This document shows, piece by piece, positions 30,372 to 40,071 of a stretch of 64,000 nt of DNA (the stretch's first letter is position 1; each line of letters begins with the position of its first letter). Source of the DNA: Pseudomonadota bacterium (GTDB lineage: Bacteria > Desulfobacterota > Desulfobacteria > Desulfobacterales > RPRI01); contig JBDRRF010000079.1 in NCBI GenBank assembly GCA_043825875.1, positions 192,001 through 256,000 of the forward strand. The letters are read 5' to 3'. Below the pieces are notes generated by a model. The model saw only the letters and a program-made list of their open reading frames with translations. It ran no database searches and was not told where the DNA came from. Position numbers and translations under genes: made by a program.

Positions 30372-31484
30372 CTATACAGCACTTAAGACCATATCATACT
30401 CAGGTGCCATGTTCAGCCAGGAATACTGTTCAATACAATGGCGGAAATTCTGCTGTCGGATCGTCTCGATCTCCCGCAAGGACCATGCAAGTTTTTCAAC
30501 GAGTTCCTGAAAATCATCGTAAAAGAGTTCAGGATACTCTTCATAAGGAACAAGCTCCGGATAAGTAAGACGCTTTGGCAATAAGGGATAACAACCACAA
30601 TAGAGGGCTTCAACAAGACTCGCTCCGAAAAAATCGTGGTGGGATGTCACCGGTACGATGTCGGCGCGATAAAGCCACTGTGCGTATTCCAAAAATTCCT
30701 CAGCATACCCATAGTGAACAACCTTGTTTCCCAACTTCATGCGAGCCGTCTCAAAAATAGGGCAGTTTTGGCGGAAACTTTCTCCAAGAATTGCAACACG
30801 AAAATCCAGACCTTGCTCGTTCAGCACAAAGAGGGCCTGGAAGAATTCATCAGGATTTTTATCGTATTCCCAACGATGGTTCCAAAGAATCAGTGGAGCG
30901 TGATCGTGATGTTCTTTACTCTGTTGTTGCAGCTCAGGATTCTGAAATTTCTGAAAATCTACTCCGAGAGGTAACACCCTGCTTTTGTCTCGAATGGTTG
31001 CTACTGTTCCCAACTCGTTGCAATCGGGGAATTGTTTCAGGAAGCGGGGTAATTCGTCAAAAAAGCTTGTGTAATGATACTGTGAGTTGAACAACACCGC
31101 ATCTGCCGCAAGCGCAGAGCTATAATTGATAAATCCATAATGTTGATCTCGCTTCTGTAGAATATCTCTATCCGTAGGCAGCCTGGGATAACATATTTGG
31201 CTTTCGTGGAAATAGATCGCAGCAGGAATCGCAGAGGTCTTGTCGCGAGTCAAGGCCAGAAAGGTTGTCAAATCGAGCATATCAGAGACAAGAAACATAT
31301 CCGGCATCGCACCGGACTCCAAATATTTTTTTGCCAGAGTAACTGCGCCGCCATGCATACGCCACTTCCAATGATTCCCACTGAGACGCAGAATGTCAAT
31401 ATTGTGTTCGCTATAATGAGCGTATGCTGTTGCCCACGCTGCATGCGAACCGGTAAAAAAAGGTTCAATTAGTGTAACATTCAT
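30372..31484 (-). CDS. GT-B glycosyltransferase, DUF3524/GTDC1 family
   Basis: EPFFTGSH, HWKWRMHG, YFHESQ, WNHRWEYDKNP, DFFG..VEA. Confidence 0.88.
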   Translation of the reverse strand: MNVTLIEPFFTGSHAAWATAYAHYSEHNIDILRLSGNHWKWRMHGGAVTLAKKYLESGAMPDMFLVSDMLDLTTFLALTRDKTSAIPAAIYFHESQICYPRLPTDRDILQKRDQHYGFINYSSALAADAVLFNSQYHYTSFFDELPRFLKQFPDCNELGTVATIRDKSRVLPLGVDFQKFQNPELQQQSKEHHDHAPLILWNHRWEYDKNPDEFFQALFVLNEQGLDFRVAILGESFRQNCPIFETARMKLGNKVVHYGYAEEFLEYAQWLYRADIVPVTSHHDFFGASLVEALYCGCYPLLPKRLTYPELVPYEEYPELFYDDFQELVEKLAWSLREIETIRQQNFRHCIEQYSWLNMAPEYDMVLSAV

Positions 31485-31543
31485 TACGATTCTGTACTAT
31501 CCTATTGGTCTGTTGATAATTCTGTATGTCCATAGATAATGGG

Positions 31544-31596
31544 CTAAGAAAGACATCTGATAAAAACTATATAACTAAAGGTCGTGAAATCCCCCC
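31544..31596 (+). repeat. Gene-end repeat R2
   Basis: CTAAGAAAGACATCTGATAAAAACTATATAACTAAAG...ATCCCCCC. Confidence 0.85.
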
Positions 31597-31610
31597 AGGT
31601 GATACCTGTA

Positions 31611-32936
31611 TTATTTTACTTTTCCATTCACTGCCTCTATGGTCACAAACATTTCATCTGTTAATTCGCCATCCGTAACTTTAAATAAGAATCGAAATAA
31701 GCCGGCAGAACCCGGTTTCCATGAAAAAGATCCACTTAGGGAATCAAATGAAACATCTGAAGGAACAGATGATCCATCTGCCATATCAATTGAATAGGTT
31801 AATTCATCTCCATCATCATCTGTGGCTTCAACAGTAAAGGCCACTAAAGTTTTCTTTTTTACGGTAATGTCTTGCCTTTGTGTAAAAACTGGCGCTGAGT
31901 TTGGAATAATTGGTGTTAACAGTAGTCCTTTTCTTGAACCATCATCCAAATCTATGTATCCTGTTATCCAGCCGGATTCATTTATGTCTCCAATATATGT
32001 TCCCACAATATTTAGACCATCTATATTTAAGATTAATTCATTTATTTCCTGTTCGGGAACATTATAGATAAAGGCACTTTGGGTTTGTTCGGATGACGTC
32101 ATAACACCAAGTATTATTGTGCCGTCACCATTGATAGCGGTACAGGAGCCGGACTCAAACCCTTGAGGTAAATCAATTAAGGTTGGAATTGAATCCGCTG
32201 TTTGCCAATAGCACGGTATCTTTAATCCGTTATATAATATTGAGCCTATAATATTCCCAATGTTATTTATCTTCGCAACTATATAATCTTCATAATTTGG
32301 ATGTTCTGCAAGTAATCTTTCTCCTTCAGTCTTGTGATAGATGAATGATTTTTTTTTATTCTTACCGGCTATATATATATCACCATACCCAATGGCATAA
32401 CCATTATCATTTATACTTAGGCCATGTGAATAATGATCCAAATTTAAGCTTTGACCCATTTCTAAAATCCCGGTAGTTTCTGAATAATATTGCGCAGAAA
32501 GATTAAAATCTGATATGCCAGTCCCAACTACTTCATTAATATTATTTATTGAATTTCCGTCCATTCCGATATATTGAATCAAATTATCCCGGTAGTTCCA
32601 AATATATCCATCATCACCGTTGCTTGGGGCTAGCATTCCACAACTTAATCCATTATCATTGAGATCACATAAATATCCATTCTCAATTGGAAGTTCATAT
32701 ATAATGTCCAAATTCATATCCCATACATAAGCAACAGTATTTAAGAGGCTGCTTGGTCCAATATCATAACAAAAGCCAACAACCTCCCCTGAGTTATTTA
32801 TGTTTCCCAAAACAGAATATTGTTGCCCATTAAATGAATCTTTTAATGTTATTTCATACTCAGTTGCTTGTCCAAAATTTTGTAATCCCAAAAATACCAC
32901 TAACGCTAAAAGTATGCCTTTAATTTGAGTCTTCAT
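31611..32936 (-). CDS. Secreted repeat (beta-propeller-like) protein with C-terminal Ig/cadherin-like domain
   Basis: Signal peptide; repeated IN..G..VG motifs; NSAPVF...ATDDDGDELTYS...VTDGEL. Confidence 0.75.
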   Translation of the reverse strand: MKTQIKGILLALVVFLGLQNFGQATEYEITLKDSFNGQQYSVLGNINNSGEVVGFCYDIGPSSLLNTVAYVWDMNLDIIYELPIENGYLCDLNDNGLSCGMLAPSNGDDGYIWNYRDNLIQYIGMDGNSINNINEVVGTGISDFNLSAQYYSETTGILEMGQSLNLDHYSHGLSINDNGYAIGYGDIYIAGKNKKKSFIYHKTEGERLLAEHPNYEDYIVAKINNIGNIIGSILYNGLKIPCYWQTADSIPTLIDLPQGFESGSCTAINGDGTIILGVMTSSEQTQSAFIYNVPEQEINELILNIDGLNIVGTYIGDINESGWITGYIDLDDGSRKGLLLTPIIPNSAPVFTQRQDITVKKKTLVAFTVEATDDDGDELTYSIDMADGSSVPSDVSFDSLSGSFSWKPGSAGLFRFLFKVTDGELTDEMFVTIEAVNGKVK

Positions 32937-33037
32937 TTTAAACCTCCCGACAGTTTCAATGTTATTATTAAGAGAATAGATCCTTTCCGTTATTTATTGT
33001 CTATCCACTAATTCAAAAATCAGGATATGCTTATTCA

Positions 33038-33345
33038 TTATTTAGTTTTTGATCTAATCTCTTGCTTGGCTACGTCCTTAGAACCATAAGCCTTTAAGTA
33101 AACCTCTTCGTATTTTACACTCCACCATAACAGCTCGATAAATATATTGTTCCTCCACCGCCCTTTGCCATCCATGCTGATTCGTATCTTGTTTGCTTTA
33201 AGAATTCCGGTAAATGCTTCCGAAGTAAATTGACTGCCCTGATCGGCATTGAAAATATCAGGCTTCCCAAAACGTATTATTGCCTCTTCAAGCGCCTCTA
33301 TACAAAATAAATTATCCATCGTGGTAGACACACGCCAGGATAAAA
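33038..33345 (-). mobile_element. IS3-family transposase fragment (integrase core), truncated
   Basis: LSWRVSTTMD, KPDIFNADQGSQFTS, ISMDGKGRW, SVKYEEVYLKAY; N-terminus missing. Confidence 0.88.
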
Positions 33346-33510
33346 AGAAAATATTAGGGTCGCATCTTAAATGTTTATTTTTTTTAATTCTATTGGCACA
33401 ACCTTTTAGCATGCGGTCACTCTGTATCTTATTTGCAAATTAAGTTTACTAGTTTAATACGCACCTAATACTACCCCTTATTACGCTTCTTTCTTTTTTA
33501 ATTTCCTTTA

Positions 33511-33577
33511 TAGTAATATGCTAAGAAAGACATCTGATAAAAACTATATAACTAAAGAACACCCCCGATATCCCCCT
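33511..33577 (+). repeat. Gene-end repeat R3
   Basis: TAGTAATATGCTAAGAAAGACATCTGATAAAAACTATATAACTAAAG...CCCCGATATCCCCC, directly abutting GTTAGGC at 33579-33585. Confidence 0.85.
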
Positions 33578-33588
33578 GGTTAGGCACT

Positions 33589-34110
33589 TTAATGCAACTG
33601 CATCAATAGCTTATTGAGAAGCTTAGTTTCGTACCTATTAAAATAATTTTTAAGTTTGAAGCTCATTCTTTCTTTATAATTTTTTTGCATATCTAAAGCT
33701 TTAATCATATTCTCTGGGTTTTTTGAACGCAAAAGTTTCTGCAATTCCTCATCTCTTTGAATAATGGCATGGGATGATATTGTTATCTGGCGTTCTGCGC
33801 AAAATTCGGCAAGCTCAACGAAATTATTAAATTTATTGACTACCGTAGTATCCTCTCTCCTGTCGCTTGAATATGAATATATTCGATAACCATCTTCATC
33901 AAGAACAATATGTGAAGCATCACTTCTTTCTGCTAATGGTTCATATTTCTTACCTATAAAAATTGGGTAGTATCTTGTCTTGAACATCAACTCGCCTATA
34001 TTATGAATACCAGCTTTAAGCTTTTCTTTCTTGGGGGCAGGGAGCCCGAGACTTCTTATCGAGCCGTTTAAAATAAGCCTACAAATACTTTCAATTATTA
34101 TTTTCTTCAT
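33589..34110 (-). CDS. Hypothetical protein (gene cassette ORF)
   Basis: 173-aa ORF bounded on its coding strand by GTTAGGC upstream and GCCTAAC downstream. Confidence 0.7.
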   Translation of the reverse strand: MKKIIIESICRLILNGSIRSLGLPAPKKEKLKAGIHNIGELMFKTRYYPIFIGKKYEPLAERSDASHIVLDEDGYRIYSYSSDRREDTTVVNKFNNFVELAEFCAERQITISSHAIIQRDEELQKLLRSKNPENMIKALDMQKNYKERMSFKLKNYFNRYETKLLNKLLMQLH

Positions 34111-34125
34111 GATATTAATTCCGTG

Positions 34126-34255
34126 GCCTAACGCTCCAAATCACCGAGTGCAAATGGCTTTCACCAAATTATGCAAAAGCCAAAAAGCGTCGATGAATAA
34201 TGACTTGTTAAAAAGACCCACGGCCTTTTGCATCCGGTGCATTTGGCGGTTCGGG
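34126..34255 (-). other. Integron attC recombination site (130 bp)
   Basis: Minus strand: R'' CCCGAAC, 5-nt spacer, L'' AATGCACC with an extra G relative to L' GGTGATT, extended stem, R' GTTAGGC. Confidence 0.8.
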
Positions 34256-34783
34256 CTGAAAGTTCATTCTGTTTAAAAACCCATCTTCATATTTAACCTG
34301 CGTTAAGAACCAACCACGATGCAATAATTCTTTCTTTTTCAATGCGTTGATAAACCCATGTCCAATAATTACAATTCTTTCATTTTCTAAAAGCTTTAAC
34401 TCGATTGTTTCAACTATTCTCTTTACCCTCTGCCTGACCTCTTTAAAAGATTCACATTTTGTTTTAAGCCCTAATAACCAAAGTGACCTCGAAATGAATA
34501 ACCATAACTTTGCCTTAAGCCGCACTGGAGGAAATACTATCAATGGGATTTCTGCTTCACGGAATATTGAATCCTCAATGATCTTTTTGCCTATGAGCCT
34601 TCCAGTTTCAATACTTCTCATAAGATCACTTGTATATACGATCTCTTCCTTATCTCTTTCGATTTCATCAATGCAAATTCCTGCCGCACTTTACCTTTGT
34701 AACCAGAGCGGAAAATCGCCCCCAGAAATTATTTCACTATCAGAGACTGTTGGTTTTGCATGACGATAAATAATTATTTCCAT
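34208..34783 (-). pseudogene. Histidine phosphatase family cassette gene with an in-frame stop
   Basis: MEIIIYRHAKP from 34783, TAA at 34691-34693, then the same frame continues YTSDLMRSIET...IIGHGFIN. Confidence 0.8.
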
Positions 34784-35233
34784 TTTCCAAGAACCGAACA
34801 GTTGAGATATATGGAAATTTTTTCCACCTATTGCCTATAATACAATGGAACATTTTCCATCTATTGCGATATTAAGCATACAAACATGGAAAACTTGGAA
34901 TTAAATTTTTCATGTATGAGTTTCATTATTAAATAGTATGGAAATATAAAAAACCGCGGATTGCAGCGCCGCAATATTGTTTTTATAAATTGTTGATCGT
35001 TTTATTTAGATTGAATCATACCAAGTTTCCAATAAACATATTATATAAAACTGGCTGAATCTTAATATTTTTGAGGAGTTAAAGCATACAAACATTATTC
35101 ATCTTTATATGTCAATAATTATTTAAGTAATGACAAGTAACCAATTGTGCTTCACATTTTATAAACTTGTAATCCATGTCTATACTGGGCACTGGCTTTC
35201 GAAACTATACCATACTATAATTATTGATTCCTT

Positions 35234-35316
35234 TGTCATTACGAGAGAAGTGAGAAATGTTTTTTTTAATATGGTTGTAAGCTTTAAGATTTCTCGGCTA
35301 TTGCCTTGAAATGACA
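35234..35316. repeat. REP-like palindromic element
   Basis: TGTCATT...GAGAAAT ... ATTTCTC...AATGACA nested inverted repeats. Confidence 0.5.
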
Positions 35317-35365
35317 TTACTACACAGTCTCTTTTCTCCGGTGCGAAGATAAATGAGATAATATT

Positions 35366-35569
35366 TCAAACTTTTTTTTCATTTACCAATCGCGCAAAGT
35401 GTTCAAAAGATCTGTCATATGTTTTTTCCGCATCAGCGGAAAAACAGCATCCGGGCAGTTGTCTGCTTTTCAGATGATATTTCAAGCATTCGCAGCAGTA
35501 GCCTTTTTGTTTACAAGGTTCATAACTACAGTTACAAGTTGTGAGATTCTTTTCGACTTTGCATTCCAT
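35366..35569 (-). CDS. Small Cys-rich protein (DUF6485-like)
   Basis: [18 protein letters not shown]...QLPGC.F....EKTYDRS. Confidence 0.8.
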   Translation of the reverse strand: MECKVEKNLTTCNCSYEPCKQKGYCCECLKYHLKSRQLPGCCFSADAEKTYDRSFEHFARLVNEKKV

Positions 35570-35576
35570 AATACTA

Positions 35577-36395
35577 TCACTCCTTTTTTTGTTTTACAAC
35601 TTCGTCTACCAGCCTTTTTACTTCTTTAAGATACATCTCCATCCCTACTGCAAAAATAGTATTATGATCGGCATCCGGTATTTTAAGAAATTTTTTGTTT
35701 GGTGAAGAGCTTGCATCAAAAAGAGCCTGGCCGTCAGTAAAGGGAATAATATGATCATATTCAGCATGTATGATAAGTACCGGTTTAGCAAAGTTTCGCA
35801 TATTATCTATATTATGAAGATCGTGTTTCTCATCAATTCCCAATCTGTGGATATCAACTCCTATAAGACTTAACAGCGGAAGGACATTGGCAAAGCCGCT
35901 TTCTATTATAAGACCATCTATATCATTTTGATAATGTCCGGCAAGTTCAAGAGCAGAAGCACTCCCAAGAGATCTTCCCATAACAAGTATCGGCCCGGAA
36001 TAGTCTTTTTGCTTAAGCCACTGCTTTATATAATCAAATATCACATGACAGTCGCGCATCATGTTTGTAACTGTAGGAGTTCCTGCTGAGCGACCGTATC
36101 CCCTGTAGTCCACAGGAAGAAAGTTGAAACCTATTTTTGTATATACAGGGCCTAAGTCATCATAGTCAGATACAATTTCACCGTTTCCGTGAAAATAAAG
36201 GATCACGGGAGCAGACTTTTCCGCACTGTGCAGTTTCGCTCCAATAGATATGCCGTTTTCAACAGGAATAAAAATATCTTCCACCTCTTTTGCAAATGTT
36301 AAAGAGTCTCCCCAATCCGGCCTTGGATGAAAAAGAAGTGCCAATATCTCCGGCTGGTCAAGTGAAGAATAATCGGCTCCGGAAAAATCGTTCAT
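35577..36395 (-). CDS. Alpha/beta hydrolase
   Basis: YFHGNGE, DYRGYG, GRSLG nucleophile, ADHN. Confidence 0.9.
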   Translation of the reverse strand: MNDFSGADYSSLDQPEILALLFHPRPDWGDSLTFAKEVEDIFIPVENGISIGAKLHSAEKSAPVILYFHGNGEIVSDYDDLGPVYTKIGFNFLPVDYRGYGRSAGTPTVTNMMRDCHVIFDYIKQWLKQKDYSGPILVMGRSLGSASALELAGHYQNDIDGLIIESGFANVLPLLSLIGVDIHRLGIDEKHDLHNIDNMRNFAKPVLIIHAEYDHIIPFTDGQALFDASSSPNKKFLKIPDADHNTIFAVGMEMYLKEVKRLVDEVVKQKKE

Positions 36396-36438
36396 ATGTT
36401 AACCTCCTATATTTTATTTATCTTGCTACTCTTTTACT

Positions 36439-37740
36439 TCATATCAGTTGTTCTATTTCTTTAATTATTTTATTTATTTCATCTATGCGATGGTCGTTAT
36501 CAGTAAGCGGCAATGCTTTTTTATACATATCAAGAGCCTCCAGATATTTTTTTTGCTCGTTTTTCAATTGAGCGTAATGATAGTATATCTTAAAAGAACC
36601 GTTATCAACAGCCAAAGCATTTGAAAGATAAAATTCTGCAAGATCGAGCTGTTTGGTACTTAAGCAAAATTCCCCAAGCCTGAACAATACTTCTTCATCA
36701 ATTGTTAAAATCGAAAGAAGTTTTGCAATCTCTGCATTGTATTCCAATGTCTGCCCGCTTGATTTATACCCAACAGCGGCTACAATATGCGGCATAGGAT
36801 GATCAGGATGATTTTCTATTGCTTTTTCTGCCAGGCTTAATGCTCCTTGCACCCTACCCTCTTTCAAAAGCTGTTCGGCCTGCTCAACTTCATCCTGCAA
36901 GACAAGCAACCGATAATCGATATCATCTCCGTTTACAAAAACATTAAAAAAGTGGCTGAATGCCCCATCTTCTAAAGTACCGGCCAGCGGAGCACCGGAG
37001 CCTCCGGCAATTATCTGGCTCAATCCGGAAACTACCGAATAATTATAAACATGCACATGCCCGGCAAATACCATATCAACATTGTACTGCTTTAGCAGAC
37101 CGGCAAGTTCATTACGCTTTTCCGGATATTTATTCAATGAATCCTCCTGATGTTTTATCTTAGGATATAAAGGCCTGTGCAGCAGTACAAAAATATGTTT
37201 ACCTTCAGCCCCCTTCAAATCATTTTTGAGCCACTCAAGTTGTTTACCCGTAATCAGGGCCTCTTCACTCTCAAGTTCACTGCATAATATGATAAAATGA
37301 CAATTCTTTACATCAACCGAATAATAAAGCGTTCCGGTCTCCTTGTTTATATATCGTTTTGCAAATGCTTTTCTGGCTTGTTTCGTATATCCGGCATGAT
37401 TTCCCATAGTGATGTATAAGGGAATATTCTTTTCCCGTATCAGTGCTGTGGCTTTCTCAAAATCCTCGAATTCTTTTTCTGCCTTTTTTTCTGAATCAGC
37501 ATCATAACCCAAAACAAGATCGCCGGTATTAAGTATCAGTGCAGGATCAAGTTCAACAGACTTGTTAACTGCCTTGTAGTATATATATGGTTGTTCCGGC
37601 CGAAACTCATTTGCCGGGCGGTTATCACCCATAACTACAAAATTTAACGCTTGTTCTTCATGCTGTTCAGCCGCATAAACTGTCCATGAACCAAACAATA
37701 AAATCAGCAAAACAGAAACAGAATATATTTTTCTTTTCAT
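36439..37740 (-). CDS. Exported metallophosphoesterase with C-terminal TPRs
   Basis: GDNR, TGDLV, GNH, HRP, GHVH; helical TPR-like tail. Confidence 0.85.
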   Translation of the reverse strand: MKRKIYSVSVLLILLFGSWTVYAAEQHEEQALNFVVMGDNRPANEFRPEQPYIYYKAVNKSVELDPALILNTGDLVLGYDADSEKKAEKEFEDFEKATALIREKNIPLYITMGNHAGYTKQARKAFAKRYINKETGTLYYSVDVKNCHFIILCSELESEEALITGKQLEWLKNDLKGAEGKHIFVLLHRPLYPKIKHQEDSLNKYPEKRNELAGLLKQYNVDMVFAGHVHVYNYSVVSGLSQIIAGGSGAPLAGTLEDGAFSHFFNVFVNGDDIDYRLLVLQDEVEQAEQLLKEGRVQGALSLAEKAIENHPDHPMPHIVAAVGYKSSGQTLEYNAEIAKLLSILTIDEEVLFRLGEFCLSTKQLDLAEFYLSNALAVDNGSFKIYYHYAQLKNEQKKYLEALDMYKKALPLTDNDHRIDEINKIIKEIEQLI

Positions 37741-37757
37741 ATCTTACCCTTTCCTAA

Positions 37758-38123
37758 TCATCCCCCGGTAAGTTTGACTTTGTAGCCAAGCATGCCTAAT
37801 TCTTTTTCCAGCACACCCCTGTGATCTCCCTGAATTTCAATTACTCCGTTCTTTACACTGCCACCGCTCCCGCACTTTTGTTTAAGGACTTTCGCAATAT
37901 TTTTCAGATCTTCATCATCTAAAGGCAAACCGGTTATCAAGGTTACACCTTTTCCTTTTCGCCCCTTTGTTTCTCTCATTAACCTTACTATCCCATCGCT
38001 TTTAGGAGCAGATTGTTTTTTCCGGCAAATACAATTTACGACAGGTTTATTGCAGGCAGGACACATTTTACCAAACTCTGTTGAGTAAACCAAACTGGTA
38101 TTTTTATTATTGTGAACTTTCAT
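37758..38123 (-). CDS. yciH: Translation initiation factor SUI1/YciH
   Basis: RETKGRKGKGVTLITGL, LKQKCGSGGSVK, IEIQGDHR. Confidence 0.92.
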   Translation of the reverse strand: MKVHNNKNTSLVYSTEFGKMCPACNKPVVNCICRKKQSAPKSDGIVRLMRETKGRKGKGVTLITGLPLDDEDLKNIAKVLKQKCGSGGSVKNGVIEIQGDHRGVLEKELGMLGYKVKLTGG

Positions 38124-38775
38124 AGCGGATTTTATATTGTTTTTGGAAGTAATTTCAGCGAAGTTTCATGCGCCCGTTTATCAATTAATAAATAACAAGC
38201 TGCCTCGCCATTGTTGAGTAGTCCTTCGAACCCTATAAATATGGATATTTTCCCGTATGCATATATTTTTTTATATATGCACACAATATATGCTTCCGTC
38301 AATATCTGAGTTTTGCAGCAACTAAAGACGCGGTTATGCAACGAGTTTCCGGACTCCTAAAAAGATAAATTTCATCTCCTGCAAATCAAATACATTAAGC
38401 CAATACAAATTTACACTATTAATTTGAATAGTTCGGTTTTTTCATATCATTATCAAATGCTGTTTAAAAATAGTTGATAAAAATAGTTTGATAAAATCCA
38501 TTAATTGAATTAAAATTTATATATAATTTATTTTTGTTTGGACAGAATTATTTCTTATACTAAATCTCTCGTATTCCTTCAGGATAAAGCTCACGTAATT
38601 TGACGCTAATCTGAACATCAGTGAAACAACCAGACCTCTTAAAACGGTTATAGCAAATTTTCGTATCTTGTTAATTTAATTGTTTGTATGTGTTTATATT
38701 AATTCATGGACTAAAGCATTTAAATTAGATCAATTAAAACCGATTGGCATAACATAAACATGAAAGGAGGTTATA

Positions 38776-39399
38776 ATGGAAAGACAACTTATCAATTATA
38801 AAACTTTACTTAATGTTACAAAGGTCATTTCACATTCTAAAGATCCGGAAGAAGTAGCACTAATGACAGTTGAAAGCATCAAGCACGCATTGGGAGCAAA
38901 GGGCTGCGCGTTATTTCTGATCAATCGTAAAACCAATATGCTAGAATTGGCAACTTCTTATGGATTGAGCAAAGAGTATATCAACAAAGGCCCTTTAAAT
39001 TCCCTACGTTCCATTGCTCAATCGCTGGAAGAAGGGCCGGTGGCAATTTGCGATGTTATGGACGACCCAAGGATTCAATACCCGGAAGAAGCAAAAAAGG
39101 AAGGAATCGCTTCTATTTTGTCGGTTCCGATCATAGTCGGCGGCAATATAATGGGAGCGATGCGTGTTTATACTTCGGAAGCATGGGACTTCACATTGGA
39201 AGATGTTAACTTTGTTCAGGCCTTGGCCGAACTTGCCGGAATGTCAATTAGTATGGCCAAGTATTCAAAAGGATTAAAAAGCAGCATCGAAGTCTTAAAA
39301 ACAATGAGAGAGGTTGAAATTCACAAATCTACAAGAAGAACCCCCTATGAGGGTGTTCCTGTAAGTGTTTCTTCAAAAGAACTCCCTATGCATGCTTAG
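38776..39399 (+). CDS. Standalone GAF-domain protein
   Basis: GLSKEYINKGP, DDPRIQYPEEAKKEGIASILSVPI; RBS AGGAGG. Confidence 0.85.
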   Translation: MERQLINYKTLLNVTKVISHSKDPEEVALMTVESIKHALGAKGCALFLINRKTNMLELATSYGLSKEYINKGPLNSLRSIAQSLEEGPVAICDVMDDPRIQYPEEAKKEGIASILSVPIIVGGNIMGAMRVYTSEAWDFTLEDVNFVQALAELAGMSISMAKYSKGLKSSIEVLKTMREVEIHKSTRRTPYEGVPVSVSSKELPMHA

Positions 39400-39520
39400 C
39401 AATCAGAGTTTGAGGTAATAAATGACAATAAACACCAGGGGCATCTAATCACGTTTTTTTGAGAATTTATTTAGTCAACAGGTGCCCCTTATTTATTGTT
39501 AATAGCAAGACTACTGTTCT

Positions 39521-39790
39521 TCAAAGACCCTTCATACTAAACAGCACCACCTTATCTCCAAGTAATTTCACATTAATATACTTCTCATTATTACCCCATT
39601 TACAAGTTTTCGCACCCATGGCACCGGAGCATCTATCAGCTTCACCCAAAATTTCAATTACTTTGTTATAATCCATGCCTAATTCCAAACGGCCATAATT
39701 TTCCGAAGTTAACTTGCTGCACCCAATTGCAAACAAAAAGGATATGGCTAAAATACAAAGCAAAGTTTTTTTTATTATTTTATGTCGCAT
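39521..39790 (-). CDS. Small lipoprotein (DUF3862-like)
   Basis: Lipobox AIGC, SKLTSENY..LELGMDY. Confidence 0.75.
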   Translation of the reverse strand: MRHKIIKKTLLCILAISFLFAIGCSKLTSENYGRLELGMDYNKVIEILGEADRCSGAMGAKTCKWGNNEKYINVKLLGDKVVLFSMKGL

Positions 39791-40071
39791 TTCATCTCCT
39801 AAGAATATAATTTTAAAGTCAAAAATTTATGGGAATATAACAAAAAAACCGGAAATTGGCAAAGTATAAACCAATTTACAATTTTTGCATTGTATTTATA
39901 TGGAGCAGTTTTTCGTACCAAGTTTACTGGGTTTTATCATTATTGACAGTTGAGCACTATAGGTTTATTTTATTAGATATTGTATTTTGAACATAATCAT
40001 GTCCTATCCAATTACATTTCAAAACCAGCTGAGTCGTTTAATATTTAAATGAAACAAAAGGGATAATAATA

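Noticed and set aside
33038..33412. Functional 124-aa transposase
   Set aside because: The N-terminal part is non-homologous repeat-derived sequence; only a partial IS3 core remains.
30271..33577. Triple repeat as a CRISPR array
   Set aside because: Intervals are 1.2-2 kb and contain whole genes; no cas genes are present.
38132..38341. 69-aa ORF upstream of yciH
   Set aside because: No recognisable motif or clear RBS; cannot be supported as a gene.
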